From Acidimicrobiia bacterium (lineage in GTDB: Bacteria; Actinomycetota; Acidimicrobiia; Spongiisociales; UBA5794): 64,000 nt of DNA. Below the pieces are notes generated by a model. The model was given only the letters and a program-made list of their open reading frames with translations, ran no database searches and was not told the DNA's origin. Where the stretch lies: the NCBI GenBank assembly GCA_036985855.1, contig BTQL01000005.1, positions 10,136-74,135 on the forward strand. Direction: 5' to 3'. This document shows positions 62,471 to 64,000 of this stretch, piece by piece (position 1 is the stretch's first letter; each line of letters begins with the position of its first letter). A program made the translations under genes and the position numbers.

Positions 62471-63010
62471 AGTTCGAACGACCCTACCGAAGTCGGCTTC
62501 GATGGTCAGCAGGCTGTATCGGGCGATTTCTCTGGCCCGATACACCTTCTTTGTCTCCGTGACAATGTCAAACGTGTGGGTGGCGTCTGCGACGAAAAGG
62601 ACCTCGTAACCTAGATCTGAGGCCATCCTGGCAGTCGTCTCGCAGCACATGTTGGTCTGGATGCCGCAGACCGCAACACCGGAAATGCCGTTCTGTTTCA
62701 ACCACTCGTCCAGGTCTGGATTGCCATAGAAGGCCGAATGCACGTCCTTGACCACGAGCAGGTCCGGCTTCCCATCCAGCACTTCCTTGAATCGATTGCC
62801 ATTGCTTGCGGGCGCAAGAGGAGACGAAGGCGTGGTGGAATCGTGCCGCACATAGACGATCGGCCAATCTTGTGCGCGCCACGCCGTAATCAACTTTTCG
62901 ACGTTCGACTCGCAGTCAGGGTTGTTACGCGGACCCCAGTAGGAGGCATCGTCGAAACCCTTCTGCATGTCGACGACTATGAGTGCGGTACTCCCGTCCC
63001 AATTTGTCAC
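62453..63010 (-). CDS. Isochorismatase-family cysteine hydrolase
   Basis: The GTG start overlaps the upstream stop (GTGA). ALIVVDMQKGF, a K in the DLLVVKDV region and the catalytic Cys in GIQTNMCCETT are present. Confidence 0.75.
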   Translation of the reverse strand: MTNWDGSTALIVVDMQKGFDDASYWGPRNNPDCESNVEKLITAWRAQDWPIVYVRHDSTTPSSPLAPASNGNRFKEVLDGKPDLLVVKDVHSAFYGNPDLDEWLKQNGISGVAVCGIQTNMCCETTARMASDLGYEVLFVADATHTFDIVTETKKVYRAREIARYSLLTIEADFGRVVRTSELVG

Positions 63011-64000
63011 ATCTTCCCCCGATTCGTTACGTCCGCCCAGCGGCCGCCGCTGGCTCTGATCAAGCGTTCGAGCGCGACCGGATACACGGTGTCCGGTGTA
63101 CCACCCGCCGACCAAACCCAACGGTAGCGGGCGAGTGCGACGTCTGCGACGACCTTTACGGCATCCGGCAACCCAACACCTGGTGTGCCTCCAGCTTCGA
63201 AACCCGTGATTCGGCTTACAGCGTCGAGACTTGCGATCCGCGCTCGTCTCCCGTTGCACCAGCCCGCAAGCTTCTTCTCGTTTATCCGACGGTCCCCCGA
63301 GCAGATAACGAGCACCGGTTCTCCGTCAACATCGAACAGAATGCTCTTTGCGATCTCTCCGATTGCGACACCTACGGCGGCAGCAGCATCCGCCGAAGTC
63401 TTCGTACCTGCAGGAAATCGATGGATGTCGGGGGCAATGCCGAGGCGAACAGCCGAGTCGACGAACCGTGCTGTTGCTTCGGGCAGTTTCTCGCCGACCC
63501 GGTGAACACCCGACTCCGTAGCGACCCATGTGACTCGCTGGTCGTGCGGTTCCGTCGGCACAGCATCAACGAGTAGCTCATCGACCGTGATGCCGACCCG
63601 TATGACTCCTGCCGGGAGTCTGGCAAGCAACTCGTCGTAATACCCCTTCCCTCTGCCAAGCCGATTGCCCCGCCGGTCAAAGACAAGACCCGGCACAAGG
63701 ACCACGTCGATCTCGTCAAGTGGAACGAGAGAAGAATCTGCACTTGGTTGATCGAAGCCGAGAGGATGCCGCTCAAGGCCATCCGGGCGGTATTCGTGAA
63801 CCGAGAGCGACCCGCTATCGGGGGTACGAGTGATCGCTACCCGACATCTTGCAAGGCCGTGAACACGATCAAGATCGACTTCGTCTCGCATCGCGAGGTA
63901 CGAGAGTACGGTCCCGTGTAACGGTGCCCAAGGAAGCAAGGCACGGTTCACCCGCTCGGACAGACGAGACCGGACAACCGTATTTGCCCATGCACGCCAA
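63007..64000 (-). CDS. Fusion protein: 5-formyltetrahydrofolate cyclo-ligase domain + YbaK/aminoacyl-tRNA deacylase domain (N-terminus runs off window end)
   Basis: The frame stays open to position 64000 (...WRAWANTVVRSRLSERVNRALLP...). The 5-FCL part has a GRGKGYYD motif. The C-terminal half (FPAGTKTSADAA...ILFDVDGEPVLVICSGDRRIN...GGTPGVG) matches the YbaK/EbsC editing-domain pattern. Confidence 0.7.
   Translation of the reverse strand, partial: WRAWANTVVRSRLSERVNRALLPWAPLHGTVLSYLAMRDEVDLDRVHGLARCRVAITRTPDSGSLSVHEYRPDGLERHPLGFDQPSADSSLVPLDEIDVVLVPGLVFDRRGNRLGRGKGYYDELLARLPAGVIRVGITVDELLVDAVPTEPHDQRVTWVATESGVHRVGEKLPEATARFVDSAVRLGIAPDIHRFPAGTKTSADAAAAVGVAIGEIAKSILFDVDGEPVLVICSGDRRINEKKLAGWCNGRRARIASLDAVSRITGFEAGGTPGVGLPDAVKVVADVALARYRWVWSAGGTPDTVYPVALERLIRASGGRWADVTNRGKM

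Noticed and set aside
1-64000. Search for CRISPR arrays, tRNA/rRNA genes, transposases, integrases, phage genes, toxin-antitoxin or other defence islands
   Set aside because: I saw no spaced repeat arrays, cloverleaf-capable conserved tRNA motifs, or recombinase/transposase-like ORFs. Composition and gene content look like a conserved core chromosome. This was a by-eye scan, so small RNAs could have been missed.

Overview
The window is a GC-rich, gene-dense chromosomal segment with actinobacterial-type core synteny. On the minus strand it runs arfB, M16 peptidase, dapB, dapA, rnj, ftsK, rimO, cinA, thpR, recA. I support about 60 protein-coding genes. I found no rRNA, tRNA, CRISPR array, transposase or integrase.

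Many long ORFs in the supplied track are antisense or out-of-frame artefacts of the high GC content (Arg/Ser/Pro-rich translations). Several real genes start well inside the listed ORFs. All calls come from reading motifs and gene order by eye; no database or HMM search was possible.

Main blocks:
- **DNA repair and SOS:** partial recA with an SOS box, lhr, and dnaE2 with a perfect TCGAAC-N4-GTTCGA box.
- **Lysine, serine and aromatic metabolism:** dapA, dapB, serC, an aminotransferase, and an aroQ fusion.
- **Zincin-vWA / AAA+ / YajQ trio:** a CobT-like HExxH+vWA protein, a CobS/MoxR-like AAA+ ATPase and YajQ.
- **Tad/Flp pilus locus (46.4-52.2 kb):** mycobacterial-type order, with a 51-codon flp pilin gene that is absent from the ORF track.
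- **Thiamine salvage operon:** a TPP riboswitch followed by thiamine pyrophosphokinase and an ABC importer.

Observations most worth follow-up:
- the hidden flp gene, and a TadE-like ORF with no canonical start;
- TCGCGA hexamers phased at about 20 bp upstream of the tad operon;
- a roughly 50-nt intergenic element present twice (next to recA/thpR and next to arfB/vWA);
- the zincin-vWA/AAA+/YajQ module;
- a pair of paralogous 137-aa coiled-coil proteins, one translationally coupled to lhr;
- two unusual domain fusions (AroQ with an alpha/beta-hydrolase; 5-formyl-THF cyclo-ligase with YbaK);
- a small ORF / RHH / DUF4097 operon with an AT-rich, phased-repeat operator candidate.

None of these amounts to a demonstrably new system; they are candidates only.
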